This document shows positions 1 through 13,200 of a stretch of DNA of 64,000 nt, piece after piece. The position numbers and the translations under genes were made by a program. Source of the DNA: Azolla caroliniana (taxonomy: Eukaryota > Plantae > Polypodiophyta); NCBI GenBank assembly GCA_043228905.1, contig JBHGNT010000015.1, positions 18,848,001 to 18,912,000 of the forward strand, in the 5' to 3' direction. Under the pieces are notes generated by a model. It did no database searches and was not told where the DNA came from. It saw only the letters and a program-made list of their open reading frames with translations. Numbering within the stretch: the first letter of the stretch is position 1; each line of letters starts with the position of its first letter.

Positions 1-166
1 AATTCGAATCAACACCAGTCTTTAGCTCTCATTACATATCTTGTATCCATTCTCTTTATTTCTGTATCTTAATACACCCATTCTTCTCTTAGCATTTCGT
101 TCCTTTCTTCTCGTGTTCCCTTGTATCATTCTTCCATCACTCTATCTTTTATTCTTGGTTCTGACA
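1..166 (+). repeat. 3' part of an LTR of Gypsy chromovirus 1 family (runs off window start)
   Basis: Near-identical to 20184-20349; ends ...GGTTCTGACA. Confidence 0.85.
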
Positions 167-906
167 CAACTCACCAAGAAAAATCAAGCATTTTTTTGGC
201 GTATTCAAGCGGACAAGGCTTTTACTCATCTGAAAGAGGCATTCACATCAGCACCTATCCTAGCACATATTGATCCCGAAAAGCCATTTACTATTGAGGC
301 GGATGTGTCAGACTTCGCATTGGGGAGTATCCTATCGCAACCAGGCAAGGACGGGCAGACTCATCCAATCGAGGTTCACTCGAGGAAATTTATTGTTTCG
401 GAGATAAACTATGAGGTGCATGACGAGTTACTGGCTGTGGTCGACTCATTTGAGCAATGGCATCATTTTCCAGAAGGATCGGCTGATCAAATTATCATTT
501 ATAGTGATCACAAAAATCTCACATATTTTCAAACAACTCGAGTATTAAATAGACGACAAGCTCGGTGGGACCAATTTCTAACACATTTCGATTTCAAGAT
601 CATTTTTCACCCCGGAAAACAACAAGGGAAAGCATATGCTTTGTCTCGGCATTCGTATCTAGCTCTTTGACCTGGAGATCCGGCCTTTGACCATCAAAAG
701 TAGATTCTCCTTGGGCCATCAAAGCTACAAGCAACAACAATTTATGCCACGCCACTTGATTCTAGCCTTCTTGACACTATTCGGCAACAACTTCACTCTA
801 ATGATTTTGCTAAGGATGTCTTAGCCCACATTGATTCAAGTCGTCCATCTTGCTCCACATTGCAAGGGTCATCTCAACATTATCAGGACTTCAAGTGGCA
901 AGATGG

Positions 907-1548
907 TGTCAGGAACTACACGCTTCGATGAACAACGCTCGGCCGCAACCGAGCTTAGAATCATAAAACACAAAAAAACGGGGGAACAAATGCACGACAC
1001 AATGGAGAGAAGAGTACACAGAATGTTTACGTGGAAAACCCAAACACGGGAAAAACCACGACAGTCTACTGACTGCTAACTATCACTATGTAACAATATA
1101 CAATAGATGAACACCGAGGCAACGACCTCTTGTTCACTGTCTTCGCCACAGGTGGCGGTTACAACAAAGATGCGAACTCTTCGTCTCTTTCTTTCTCTCT
1201 CTCTCTCTCTCTGTACACTGTTGCGCTCTAATCTTGCACCAACAAGAAAGACAACTACAATCCTCATTCTCTGTTTGCCCTAAGTCATATTTATACTAAT
1301 ATGACTTTTTGGCTATTTACAAATATAGCCCCGATGGACTCTTAGAAACATATTTACAAATATGTCCCTTCATCCGGTGAGCACTTCTCACCGGACCTTC
1401 ACCATCCAGCTCTTGCTGGGTACTCCTCATCCGGTTCTCACCGGGTCTTCCGTAGCCGGGTACTCCTCATCCAGTTTCGGCCTCGGTCGAGTTTGCTCAT
1501 CAGTACTGTCCTTCTCACTTCCCATCCAGAGGGACCTCTTTCCTAACA
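907..1548 (-). mobile_element. Solo LTR of Tnt1/Tork-like Copia family (related to 2555-3221)
   Basis: TGTC...AACA termini, perfect 5-bp TSD GATGG (902-906 / 1549-1553), clear similarity to LTR 2555-3221. Confidence 0.92.
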
Positions 1549-4500
1549 GATGGTTTACTCTTTTACAAGAATCTCTTTTACGTCCCTGACGGGTCACCCC
1601 GACTTCAAGTGTTAGAACATTGTCATGATGCCTCCATGGCTGGACATTTTGGTATTGCCAAGCCCATTGAGCTGGTGAAACGTTCATTTTGGTGGCCTCA
1701 CGCACAAAAAGTTGTCGAAGATTACGTTCGCACATGTGACACCTGTTGTCGCGCCAAAATAACCAAGCATCATCCTTATGGCTTACTACAACCATTACCA
1801 CCTCCCAACAAACCATGGCAGTCTATTTCTATGGATTTCATTATGGATCTACCACCTTCCAAAGGCTTTGATAGTATTTTAACAGTAGTGAATCGGTTCA
1901 CAAAGATGGCACATTTTGTATCGTGTGTAAGACCATTAGTAGTGAAGAAATTGCAGATCTCATTATGCATGAGCTGTTTCGCCATTCTCCCAAATGATAT
2001 TATTAGTGATCGAGGTTCTCAATTTATCTCACTTTTGGAAGCACCTATGGGCATGCCTCAAAATCTCCTGCAAACTCTCTTCAGCTTATCATCCACAAAC
2101 TGACGAACAAACAGAGCGCACAAATCAAACACTCGAGCAGTACCTTCGATGCTTCATCAGTTATCAACAAGATGATTGGAGCAATATTTTACATATTGCC
2201 GAGTTTGCATATGTCAACAACACGGTACACTCTTCTACCAAAGTTGCACCTTTCTTTTCCTACACTGGCAACCACCCTCAATGGTGTATCCTGGATCTCC
2301 CTGAGATGTCACGAAAGTGCGGCGCATCACCTCCACCGACACCAACAAATCTAGTTTGAGTTATCTTCACATCTTTAAAAAGCGCAAGCACACCATAAGA
2401 ACAATGTCGATCGGCATCGTCTTAACTCTCCTTTTAAGGTTAGTGACCGACTATCCGTGTGCTAAGCTTGATTATCAACACTTAGGTCCTTTTGTCATCG
2501 CAGCGTGCATTAATGATGTAACATTTCGTCTTAACCTTCCTACACATACACAGCTGACAGGAATGCTCTCCGATGAACAACGCTCAGCCACAACCGAGCT
2601 TAGAATCAAACACAAAAAAAAACGGGGAATGGATGCACGACACAAAGGAGAGAAGAGTACACAGGATGTTTAACGTGGAAAACCTTGAGAGGGAAAAACC
2701 ACGGGAGTCCACAGACTCCAAACTATCACTATATCACAATGACTACAATAATGAGCTCATGGAGGCAACGACCTTGCGCTCTCGATCTTCGCCACAGGCG
2801 GCGGTTACAACAGAGTCAGGGACCTCTGTCTGTCTGTCTCTCTCTCTGTACACTGTTACGCGCTCTCTAGTCTTGCACCAACAAGAATGACAACAACTAC
2901 TTTTCTCTGTTTGCCCAGAAGTCATATTTATACTAATATGACTTTTCGGCTATTTACAAATCCCCAATGGACTCTCATAAACATATTTACAAATATGTCC
3001 CTTCATCCGGTGAGCACTTCTCACCGAACCTTCACCATCCGGCTCTTGCTGGGTACTCCTCATCCGGTTCTCATCGGGTCTTCCGTAGCCGGGTACTCCT
3101 CATCCGGTTCTCACCGGGTCTTCCGTAGCCGGGTACTCCACATCCAGTTTCGGCCTCGGCCATGTTTACTCATTAGTACTGTTCTTCTCACTTCCCATCC
3201 GTAGCGACATGTTTCCTAACAAACTCCCCCTTCACTCTGGCATGGGATGTCTTACTAGTCTGATCCGCTTCCCGCATGCATCCAGCTTGTCGGGTACCAG
3301 TACTTTGGTCAGCATATCTGACCCGTTCTCGGCCGTGTGGATCTTCGTCAACGCGAACTCCTGGTCATCTACTCTTTCCCGGATCCAGTGATACCTACGC
3401 TAGATATGCTTCGTCCGGGAATGGTAGGCCGCATTTTTAGCAAGGTGGATGGCACTTTGACTGTCGCAATAGAGCCGGTATTCATCTTGCCAGATACCGA
3501 GCTCTCCGATGAAGTCCTTCATCCATAATATTTCCTTGCCGGCTTCCACAGCCGCAATGTACTCCGCCTCCGTGGTTGACAACGCAACCGTCTTCTACAG
3601 CCTCGACTGCCACGAAACAGCTCCCCCTGCATATGTCATTACATACCCAGATGTAGACCGGCTGGTATCCACATCAGCCGACATGTATGAATCGGTAAAA
3701 CCATCAAGTTGAGGTTTACCGGAGCCGAATCGGAGACACATATTTGAAGTGCCCTTCAAGTACCAGAGTATCCATTTGACCGCGTTCCAATGCTCCTTGC
3801 CAGGATTGCTCATAAACCGGCTCACCACTCCGACTGCGTATCCTATATCTGGTTGGGTACACACCATTGCGTACATCAAGCTCCCGATGGCTGAGGCATA
3901 TGGAACCTTCATCATATCAACCTTCTCTGCTTTCGTCTTCGGGCTTTGCTTACCGGATAACCTGGAATTTTCTGGAAGTGTCGATCCGACCGGTTTCGCA
4001 TCTGACATGTTGAACCGCTGAAGCACCTTTGTCACGTATTTCTCCTGTGATAGCCACAGTTGCTTCGTTGGCCGGTTCCGGATGATATGCATCCCCAACA
4101 TCTGTCTTGTCGGACCCAAGTCTTTCATTGAGAAGGTCCGGTTGAGGGCCTTCTTCAGCATCCGTATTTTGGCTTGGTCCCGTCCGACGATCAACATGTC
4201 GTCCACGTACAGAAGGAGTATAAGGAAGTCGCCTCCTTCGAACTTCTTCACAAACACGCAGTGATCGGCCTGCGTCTTGTGGTACCCTTGATCGGTCATG
4301 AAGGAGTCGAACTTCCGGTAACATTGTCTGCGAGCTTGCTTTAGTCCGTACAGGCTCTTCTTCAACCGGCATACCAGGTGTTCCTTCCCCTTCTCCACGA
4401 ATCCTTCCAGTTGCTGCATGTAGATCTCCTCTTCGAGGTCACCATGAAGGAATGTCGTCTTCATGTCCAGCTGCTCTACCTCGAGTTCCATGCTTGCCGC

Positions 4501-6436
4501 TATACTCAGCACCGTCCGGATGGAGGTCATCTTTACTACCGGGGCAAATATCTCGTCGAAGTCCACGCCCTTCTTCTGCAGGAACCCCTTCACCACGATC
4601 CTGGCTTTGTATCTTGGGGGGTTGTCGGCATCTCCCGGTTTCAACTTGTACACCCACTTATTTCGGAGTGCGCGCTTTCCTTTCGGCAACTCCACCAATT
4701 CGTACGTATGGTTCTCATGGAGGGAATCCATCTCATCCTGCATGGCACTTAACCATTTGCGGTTGTGGGTGTCATCCTTTGCCTCTACGAAGCTTTCTGG
4801 CTCCCCCTCATTAGTTAGCAGCACATGCTCTACATCCGGAAATCTCCGGGGGGCCCTTCTCTCTCTAAGAGGATATCTCGGTCTTTGGGCTTCGGTAACC
4901 GGGCCCTCCTTTCGCTCTTCATCCGAATCCGATTCGAGGTCTTGGCCGATTCCGGTTTCAACTTCCACTACTTCTTCTTCTGCCGGTTCGGTATCCTCAC
5001 CGTAACCGGCTGGTTCTTCGAGTGCTAACCGGTCTCCTGCCGGTTGGGTCTGCTCATCGTAGAATCGATACTTACCGGTCGACTCGGAGTTCATTATCTT
5101 CTTCTCCGACTCCCGGTCAGTGAGCGTCTTGTCCTCCATGAAGATAATATCTCGACTCCGGAATACCTTCTTGTCGACTGGGTCCCACACTCGATAGACG
5201 AACCCGTCGTCGTCGTAACCGAGGAATATGCATGGCCAGGTCTTTGGATCTAACTTTCCTCTCCGGTCCTTAGCTACATGCACGTACGCGAGACACCCGA
5301 ATACCTTCAAATGCCGGTAGGACACTTCCTTATCGGTCCAGACTCTTTGTGGCGTGTCGCCATCCAAGGGTACTGAGGGTGATCTGTTTATCACATATGT
5401 CGTCGTCAACAGTGCCTCAACCCAAAACTTCTTAGGTAGTTTTGCATGCGCCAGCATACTCCGGACCGTCTCCATTATGGTTCGATTCATCCTCTCGGCC
5501 AGCCCGTTTAGTTTTGGGGTCTTCGGCACGGTAAATTCGAGCCGAATTCCTTTCGAGTGACAGTACTCCTCGAATTGCCCCCAGTATTCAACTGCCCCCA
5601 GTATTCACCTCCGTTATGTGCTCGAACCGCCTTCAGCTTCCGGCCGGTTTCTCTTTCCACTCCCGCGTTGTCATGAAGAATTTCGTCCAGAGGCAGAAAC
5701 CGGGAAATATTGGCTACATCGGCGGGGTGCACCATGTGCACTCACCCTCATGTAATTGTGTGAATAATAAGAGTCAAGTCGGGACAAAGAATCCCATGTA
5801 AATCGGGATTTATCCCACATTGTAACGCATCCCTCTCCTTGTTCTATAAAACGAAGGGATGGTCCCTTGTAGAGGGGTTGCCCATTTTGTGTTAGAGGGT
5901 ATACCGTTAGATTTAGGGTTAGTTCTTCTACTTCCTCTTCCTCTTCTTCGCGGTGTGGGTGGACTGTGGAGGGTTATTCCCGCTCAGTCTCTTGTGCAAG
6001 ACCCCGCTCTGCGTGACGAGCCCGAGAGCTCCCCGGACGGCAGCTTGGCTGCAAACTACTGTTGTAACCTACCCTAGCTTGATCCGGCTCGAAGCCGGGG
6101 TTGTATTCTTTCCCTTGTAATACATACTTTTGCATCTGTCTGTGTATACTCGTGTCTCTGTTGGTGTCGGGTGCTTCTCCTTTCCTGCGTTCCTGCACAT
6201 AAGGGCATGAGTCGGGTCGGTGTGTGTGTGTGTGTGTGTGTGCGCGTGAGTCGGTGTCAAGCGCGCGCTCCCTCTCTATCTCCCTCTCTTTCTCTCTCTC
6301 GTTCGGTTGCTTCCGGTGTGCTCTTGGGGTGCCCCGAAAAGGGTGAAGCACGACTTCCTGCACTCCGTCACTCCCTAGTCCAGGACCCCCGTGGTCCCAC
6401 CTTTCTACATGCACGCGCGTAACAACGCGACATCTT

Positions 6437-6454
6437 TGGTGAACCCGACGTGAA
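6437..6454 (+). promoter_or_regulatory. Primer-binding site complementary to 3' end of tRNA-Trp
   Basis: 18-nt TGGTGAACCCGACGTGAA equals the reverse complement of plant cytosolic tRNA-Trp 3' end (..TTCACGTCGGGTTCACCA, recalled from memory), 4 nt after the LTR. Confidence 0.85.
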
Positions 6455-6469
6455 AGGCGGCAAGGGAGG

Positions 6470-7219
6470 ATGGAGCCGGAAGATGATGACCTCGCGGAGA
6501 TGGTGGCCGAAGTGGTGTTGGAGTCTGCACGAGTGGTGATGAGGCGAGAAGCAGCGCAACAGTCTATTGAACGAGTGGTCGAAAGAGTTGGCCGTTTCAA
6601 TGGGGACAAGGTGCCATTTTACTTGGAAGCTTACAACGCGGAAATGGAAGTGCGTGGCATAGACGAGGCGTTGAGGTTGGAGTTCTTCTGTCGGGTCGTA
6701 GCTGTCCGGATGCATGCGGAAGTAAAGGAGCTCCGTGAGGCTCATAGTTCGTGGGAGGCCTTCGAAGAGGCGCTCCTGAAGGCATACGGAGGGCGGCCGA
6801 AAGGCCGGGGAAGGCGTGACTTCGACCAATGGATATCGTCGGCAAAGACCCACCGGGGCGCAATGAAGGCGTTCCGAGAGTTCGAGTGACGGCTTGCTCA
6901 GCTTCCAGAGCGGGAACAAGGTTTGGTGGGGGCAGACAAAGTCCTATTGTTCGTCAGGTCGATCGACCGCGACGTTGGGGCCAGGATTGCGGAGGCGTAC
7001 GCAGCTCTCGAGGCAATGCTCGAGGAAGAGGAAAGATCGAGGCTGCAAGCCGAGACTGAGGAGACGGACTTGCCCCACGCGATGACGGAAGGTCGGTACC
7101 ACGGTACCACGGGAGAGGGTGCGGAACAAAACGCCCTCTCGACTTGCGGAGATAGAACGGCCAAGGACGAGGCCAAGATACCGATCGTGGGATCGGAACG
7201 TTGGAACCAGCAGTGTTGA
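6470..7219 (+). pseudogene. Gag-like (capsid) ORF of the Trp-primed element, one in-frame TGA at 6887-6889
   Basis: ORFs 6470-6889 and 6923-7219 are in the same frame right after the PBS; GRFNGDKVPFYLEAY...SWEAFEEALLKAY is capsid-like. Confidence 0.7.
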
Positions 7220-10200
7220 GCGTGTCAGCCCGAAACCCCGGTCATTGGAGAAGCAAGCCCAGACGGGGCTTCTGTGATCGGTAAGGAGACCACGAAGAGC
7301 CGGTGGCTACGGACAAGGGCGTAAAACGGATGGGCGATTCTTTGTGTCTTCCCACACTTGCTCCCGAGACGATGGCAGACAGGCCCGAGTGCCCACGTGA
7401 GTCCCAAGAGGAGGAAGGCGGCGGTGAGAGACCAAGAATCATCGGCGAGACGATACGGGGAAGGAGCGGACGAAAGCCCACGGATCCGATTCCGGAGAAC
7501 TCAGCATTCGGGCCTGTATGCCCATGTAAGACCGAGGAGATGGATGGCGGTACCGAGGAGTCCTGGCACAATGCCAGCAAAGATGGATGGGAGATGACCA
7601 GCGAAAAGGGCGATGAGGAGAATCCGGGAGGGACTCAAACAAAGACACCCTGAATTTCCGCAAGCAAAGAAATGAAGACCAGTCCTATGGGACCTTCACA
7701 CCGGTTCCGGAGACTCCGGCTATTCGGCCATTGTGGCAACGTAGGACCGAGGGAGAAGGAAGGTGGCAGCAAGGAACGGGACCCGACATCGATAAAGGTC
7801 GGTAAGACGGGGCGGACGAAGTGCGAAACCCTTATCGGCCGGTTACGGTAGCGGAAGGAGCCGATAGGGCAAACCCGGGGAGGTGTGTCGGGCCAAAGAG
7901 GCACACCTGGGATGGAACAAGAGTCTCACTAGTGGCCATCGTGGGCCGGATCGAAGCGTGACTACTGGACGGTGTTCGGCACGGGCGGTGCCGAACAAAG
8001 GAAGCGGAAGACGGCACAAGGGAGGTGCCGGGAACGAGGTGACGGGTGCCTAGTGGACTACACAGGGTCGGAGTCAGGGGATGGCAAGAGAGGCCGGAGG
8101 AGGATCCTCCACACTCGCTTCGTAGATCTCGGTAGCTCCGTCGAAGTAGCGAAGACTAACACGGCAAGCCCGGGGTGACAAGCTGGTGGGGGCGAGGAGA
8201 CGACGGCAAGAGGAAGACTTAGGACCTGTTGCAGCAGCACGAAGACGGGAAGGGCCAAGCGGGCTACTACAGGGTGTTCCTCGGATGCGGAGGACACCGG
8301 TATGCGGGTGAGCGGCGATGCACGATCTGGCCAGGAAAGGGGCCGACAATGCGTGCAATGAACCAAAGTACGGCACAAGCAGTGCCAAACAACGGACGAG
8401 GGTATGCGGCACACGGAGGTGCCGAAGTGGAAAGGCGAGCGCGAAGATGGGTTGCGCGGTTCGGAGGTAGCGCGTAGAAGGCCAGAAAAGGATCCTCCAC
8501 ACCGTTCCGGACACCATGACGGTTCGAGCTGACGCGGCGACGTAAGACCATGGAGAAGGAAGGTGGCAGCGAGAGGACGAAGGCAACGCAAAGCAACATG
8601 GGACGGCGATCAGGACCACACGAATGGTCGACGGAGGCCAGGCAGGCCACAACGGGCGTTCCTCAAGTGAAGGACATCGGACGTACGACGGAGAACGGAG
8701 CGTGCATACGGCCGAACAAGGGCCAGCGGAAGTACGCGTACTACGGAGATCGCGGCGAAGGACCCATCGACGGGTCGAACGAGCCTACAGAGAGGTAAGC
8801 ACGAAGGGAGAACTGAAGCCGACGGTTCAAACCGGCAGCGAGCCGGGATGCGGATTACGGAAGACCGGTTTCTCACCGGCCGAAATCTCTCACCCTTCAC
8901 CGGATTTGGCACGTACCAGTGGACGTGCAGTTAGGTGGGGGCGAATGTCGTGAAGAATTTCGTCCAGAGGCAGAAACCGGGAAATATTGGCTACATGGGC
9001 GGGGTGCACCATGTGCACTCACCCTCATGTAATTGTGTGAATAATAAGAGTCAAGTCAGGACGAAGAATCCCATGTAAATCGGGATTTATCCCACATTGT
9101 AACGCATCCCTCTCCTTGTTCTATAAAAGGAAGGGATGGTCCCTCGTAGAGGGGTTGCCCATTTTGTGTTAGAGGGTATACCGTTAGATTTAGGGTTAGT
9201 TCTTCTACTTCCTCTTCCTCTTCTTCGCGGTGTGGGTGGACTGTGGAGGGTTGTTCCCGCTCGGTCTCCTATGCAAGACCCCGCTATGCGTGACGAGCCC
9301 GAGAGCTCCCCGGACGGCGGCTTGGCTGCAAACTACTGTTGTAACCTACCCTAGCTTGGTCCGGCTCGAAGTCGGGGTTGTATTCTTTCCCTTGTAATAC
9401 ATACTTTTGCATTTGTCTGTGTATACTCGTGTCTCTATTGGTGTCGGGTGCTTCCCCTTTCCTGTGTTCCTGCACATAAGGGCGTGAGTCGGGTCTGTGT
9501 GTGTGTGTGTGCGTGAGTCGGTGTCAAGCGCGCGCTCCCTCTCTGTCTCCCTCTCTTTCTCTCTCTCGTTCGGTTGCTTCCGGTGTGCTCTTGGGGTGCC
9601 CCAAAAAGGGTGAAGCACGACTTCCTGCACTCCGTCACTCCCTAGTCCAGGACCCCCGTGGTCCCGCCTTTCTACACGCACGCACGTAACAACACGACAG
9701 TATGGAGCTCTTTGAAGACAGATAACACCTGAACCTTCGTCTTCAACGGTGTGGCCCACGGCTTCCGGATGTGGTCATCTATGAACGTCACGATAAACTG
9801 CGATCCGGCATGTGACTTCGTGTCCACTTAACATACATCAGTATGCACCAACTCCAGTGGTGCATTACGTCTCATTAGTGACCTCGATCGGAAGGAGGTC
9901 CGGTTTTGTTTATCGGCCAGACAATCAGTGCACTTCTCCAAGTGCACGTTCTTCACTAGAATGAGGTTGTCGTCTGCAAGCCTCTTCATCCCCTTCTCGC
10001 TCATGTGGCATAGTCTCTTGTGCCACAGCTCACCGGTAGTGTCGGATGCCACGTTCACTTCCTCCGGACGTAACCAGGCATTTATCAGGTACAACGTGTT
10101 TACCTTCTGGGCCCGAGCCACAATCAGGCTCCCTTTGCTGAACTTCATAACACCGTTCCGGATGCTACCCATGTAGCCTTCATCATCTAGCCGACCGGCT

Positions 10201-13200
10201 GATATCAAGTTCAAACGAACCTCCGGAACGTGTCGGACATCCTTCAGCAGCATCTTGCATCCGGTTGGTGTTGCCAGCCACACGTTTCCTATGCCGACAA
10301 TTCAGCATGTACCCTCATTCCCCATCCGGACACAGCCGTGATCACCGGCTGAGTAGGATGAGAAGCATTTCCAGTCCGGGGTAAGGTGGAACGACGCTCC
10401 GGAGTCGACCACCCAGGTCATCTCGTCGCCGGCAAGGTTTAGCTCACTCTCCTCGGTGATGAGCATCGGCTCTTCTTCACTTGCCGTGATTGCCGTCGTT
10501 CCCTTCCGGTCCGGCCCCCTCCGGTCTTTACCGTTACGGTCCGGTGTCCGTTTCGAATCGGTACCATCGGTTTCCTTGTCTTTTCGGAAGTGCTGACAGT
10601 TCTTCTGGAAGTGTCCCGGCTTGCCGCAATAGAAGCAAGTAGGCCTCCCCCTTGACTTTGACCGTGTCCCCGACTTTTCCCGGTTTTGGGGACTATGGTT
10701 TCTTTGTCTTCCGCGTTCCGATTCGGTAAGGAGCGCTTTGGAGTCGGAGCTCGTATCCTTATCTTTCCGACACGCCTCCTCATCTAGCAAGCTCGACTTC
10801 ACTCTTGCTAGGGATAACCGTTTCCCTTTCCGGCCCGGCGTTGCCCAAGGTGACAACCAATGTCTCCCAGCTATCTGGGAGGGAACCGAGCAGGAGTAGT
10901 GCTAGTACCTCATCGGCAAGAGGTACTTCCAATGATGTTGCCTGGTGGATCAACCCCTGAAAGGCATTCATGTGCTCCGCCATGCTAGAGCCATCTTGGT
11001 ACCGGAGTCTTACTAGCTTCCGGAATACCGAAACCTGATTAACAACATTTTTGTTTTGAAACATAATGTCGATCTTCTCCCAGAGCTCATGAGCCTTGCT
11101 CTCTTCATTGAAGTTGTTGTATAGGCTCATGTCGATGAACCACCGTATGTACGCCGTTGTCTTCATGTGCATCACCTCCTATATCGTGGCGTCGATTTTG
11201 TCTGGTCTCTTGTCCCCGAACTGAACCGGCAACCAAAGATCTTTGACCACGAGCATGTCCCTCATCTTCGACTTCCACACCGAATAGTTGGAGCCGGTGA
11301 GCTTGAACATGCCTCCCAACGAATCGTCCATTTTCTGTGTCGTTTCGCTCTGATACCACTTTGACAGGATTGCTCTCCGATGAACAATGCTCGGCCACAA
11401 CCGAGCTTAGAATCAAACACAAAAAAAACGGGGAATGGATGCACGACACAAAGGAGAAAAGAGTACACAGGATGTTTAACGTGGAAAACCCTGAGAGGGA
11501 AAAACCACGGGAGTCCACAGACTCCAAACTATCACTATATCACAATGACTACAATAATGAGGTCATGGAGGCAACGACCTTGCGCTCTCGATCTTCGCCA
11601 CAGGCAGCGGTTACAACAGAGGCAGCGACTTCTGTCTCTCTCTCTCTCTCTCTCTCTGTACACTGTTACGCGCTCTCTAGTCTTGCCGCACCTCTTTAAT
11701 TCCTAATCGTGTCGTACCACCACCACCTTCTCTCCAACTGGTTGACGGCCCCGAATACGAGGTAGCTGCTATTCTCGATTCTAAGATTGTGCGCAATAAG
11801 CTTTATTATCTAGTTTATTGGCTTGGCTATCCTTCGAGTGATCGCACTTCGGAACCTACCGATAACATTTGTAATGCTCAAGCTCTTGTCGACGACTTCC
11901 ATCGCCACTATCCAAACAAACCCGACCCTACAATGTTCACCCCGACTTCCACTTGGCATTCTCGAAGGAGGGATAGTGTCATGAATACTTGACCATTATG
12001 GCATCACCCGAACTTGAACCTCGAACCTTGTAATCCATAATTGAAAACCTCAACCATTAAGACAACTTATTGTCATATGAAAGGAAAAAAGCTACCTTTT
12101 GTATTAGATTGTGTTGAGAATCAAGCTCAACTTGGTCTAGTGTGTAAACTCACCTTGAGAGTGAATAGACACTCCAATGGTCAAGAGTCACCATTTAGTC
12201 ACCACTTTGTATTCTAGCACATAGTATGAGCCATAGAATCATATTCTATGACACATAACTTATGAGCTTTCACATTCCCCATGTTCCATGAGTCTTGTAG
12301 TTAATGAAGAGAGAGGGTGACTATATAAAGCACCCTCCTCCCTCTTTGTAAAGTGTTGAGTCTTTCTCCTTTGTTAATATAATCTACCTTGCGTATACTC
12401 TGTGTTTTACTCCTTGTCTCTCTCATATACACACATAGTTCACACCTATTCCGCTACACAAGAATCATACCCGATTCTTTACATGGTATCAGAACGATTT
12501 GGTAGCTTGATCTAGCCCATTCGCCTCATCGTGATCGTGTGTTGTGCTCCACGCCGACGACCAAGAACCGGCTCATCGCTATCGTAGCTTCACTACATAG
12601 CTCACATTCGAAGAGAGAAGAAGAAGAAGAAGAAGAATCGACATAATGAATACTCAAATGGGGAGCGCTCTCCCTACCAAGAAGTTGGATTGAAACAACT
12701 TCGCATCTTGGGAGTACAAGATGCACCAATACCTTGTCGGACAAGGCTATTGGAGCTACATCAAAGGAGCGCATGAAGACCGACCCGCCGAAGCGGCTCC
12801 CGAATACGCAACATGGGAGCAAGCCGCAAGCCGCGTGATGTATTGCTTGGCGACATGTGTTCACGATCACATGCTTGGCTACATTCGTGAAGCCAAGACG
12901 CCGAAGGAGGCATGGGAAAATCTACGAAAGATTTTCGCGGCGAACACAACCGCAAGAAGGCTTCAACTCCGCCAAGAGTTGAAAAACACTCAACAAAGGG
13001 ACATGTCCATCATGACATACACCTCAAAGATCAAGGAGCTTTGCAATTCACTCGGCTCAATAAGCATAAATATTGATGATAATGAGATGGTTCAAATATG
13101 CCTCGGCGGCCTCGCACCACGGTTCGGCGCAATGCGAACCGTCGTTCTAGCACATGAGAAATCTCCCTCCTTCTTCAAGCTCCAGTCAATGCTATTGGTC

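Larger units (their letters stand above)
5669..9699 (+). mobile_element. Non-autonomous Gypsy-type LTR element (gag-only, tRNA-Trp PBS, 4-bp TSD)
   Basis: LTRs 5669-6432 and 8946-9699 (TGTC..CGACA), PBS TGGTGAACCCGACGTGAA 6437-6454, purine-rich PPT 8931-8945, TSD GCGT/GTAT; no RT/RH/INT motifs found inside. Confidence 0.88.
3232..11331 (-). pseudogene. Copia B gag-pol polyprotein, disrupted by stops, frameshifts and the 5669-9699 insertion
   Basis: ORF fragments: Gag (MDDSLGGMFKL..), CCHC CFYCGKPGHFQKNC, PR WVVDSGASFH, GAG-pre-integrase WHKRLCH, INT NGLAERMNRT, RT LYVDD, RH YCDSQSAIHLAKN. Confidence 0.9.
2555..11686 (-). mobile_element. Ty1/Copia element B (Tnt1/Tork-like), decayed; outer part of 5' LTR deleted
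   Basis: 3' LTR 2555-3221, PPT (rc AACTCCCCCTT) 3222-3232, tRNA-iMet PBS (rc GCTCTGATACCA) 11347-11358, 5' LTR 11362-11686 truncated; gag-PR-INT-RT-RH order. Confidence 0.93.

Noticed and set aside
7225-8953. Many overlapping ORFs on both strands in the Trp element 3' region
   Set aside because: Expected in GC-rich sequence; no recognisable domain and frames are not obviously conserved in the 53955-54805 homologue, so not called as CDS.
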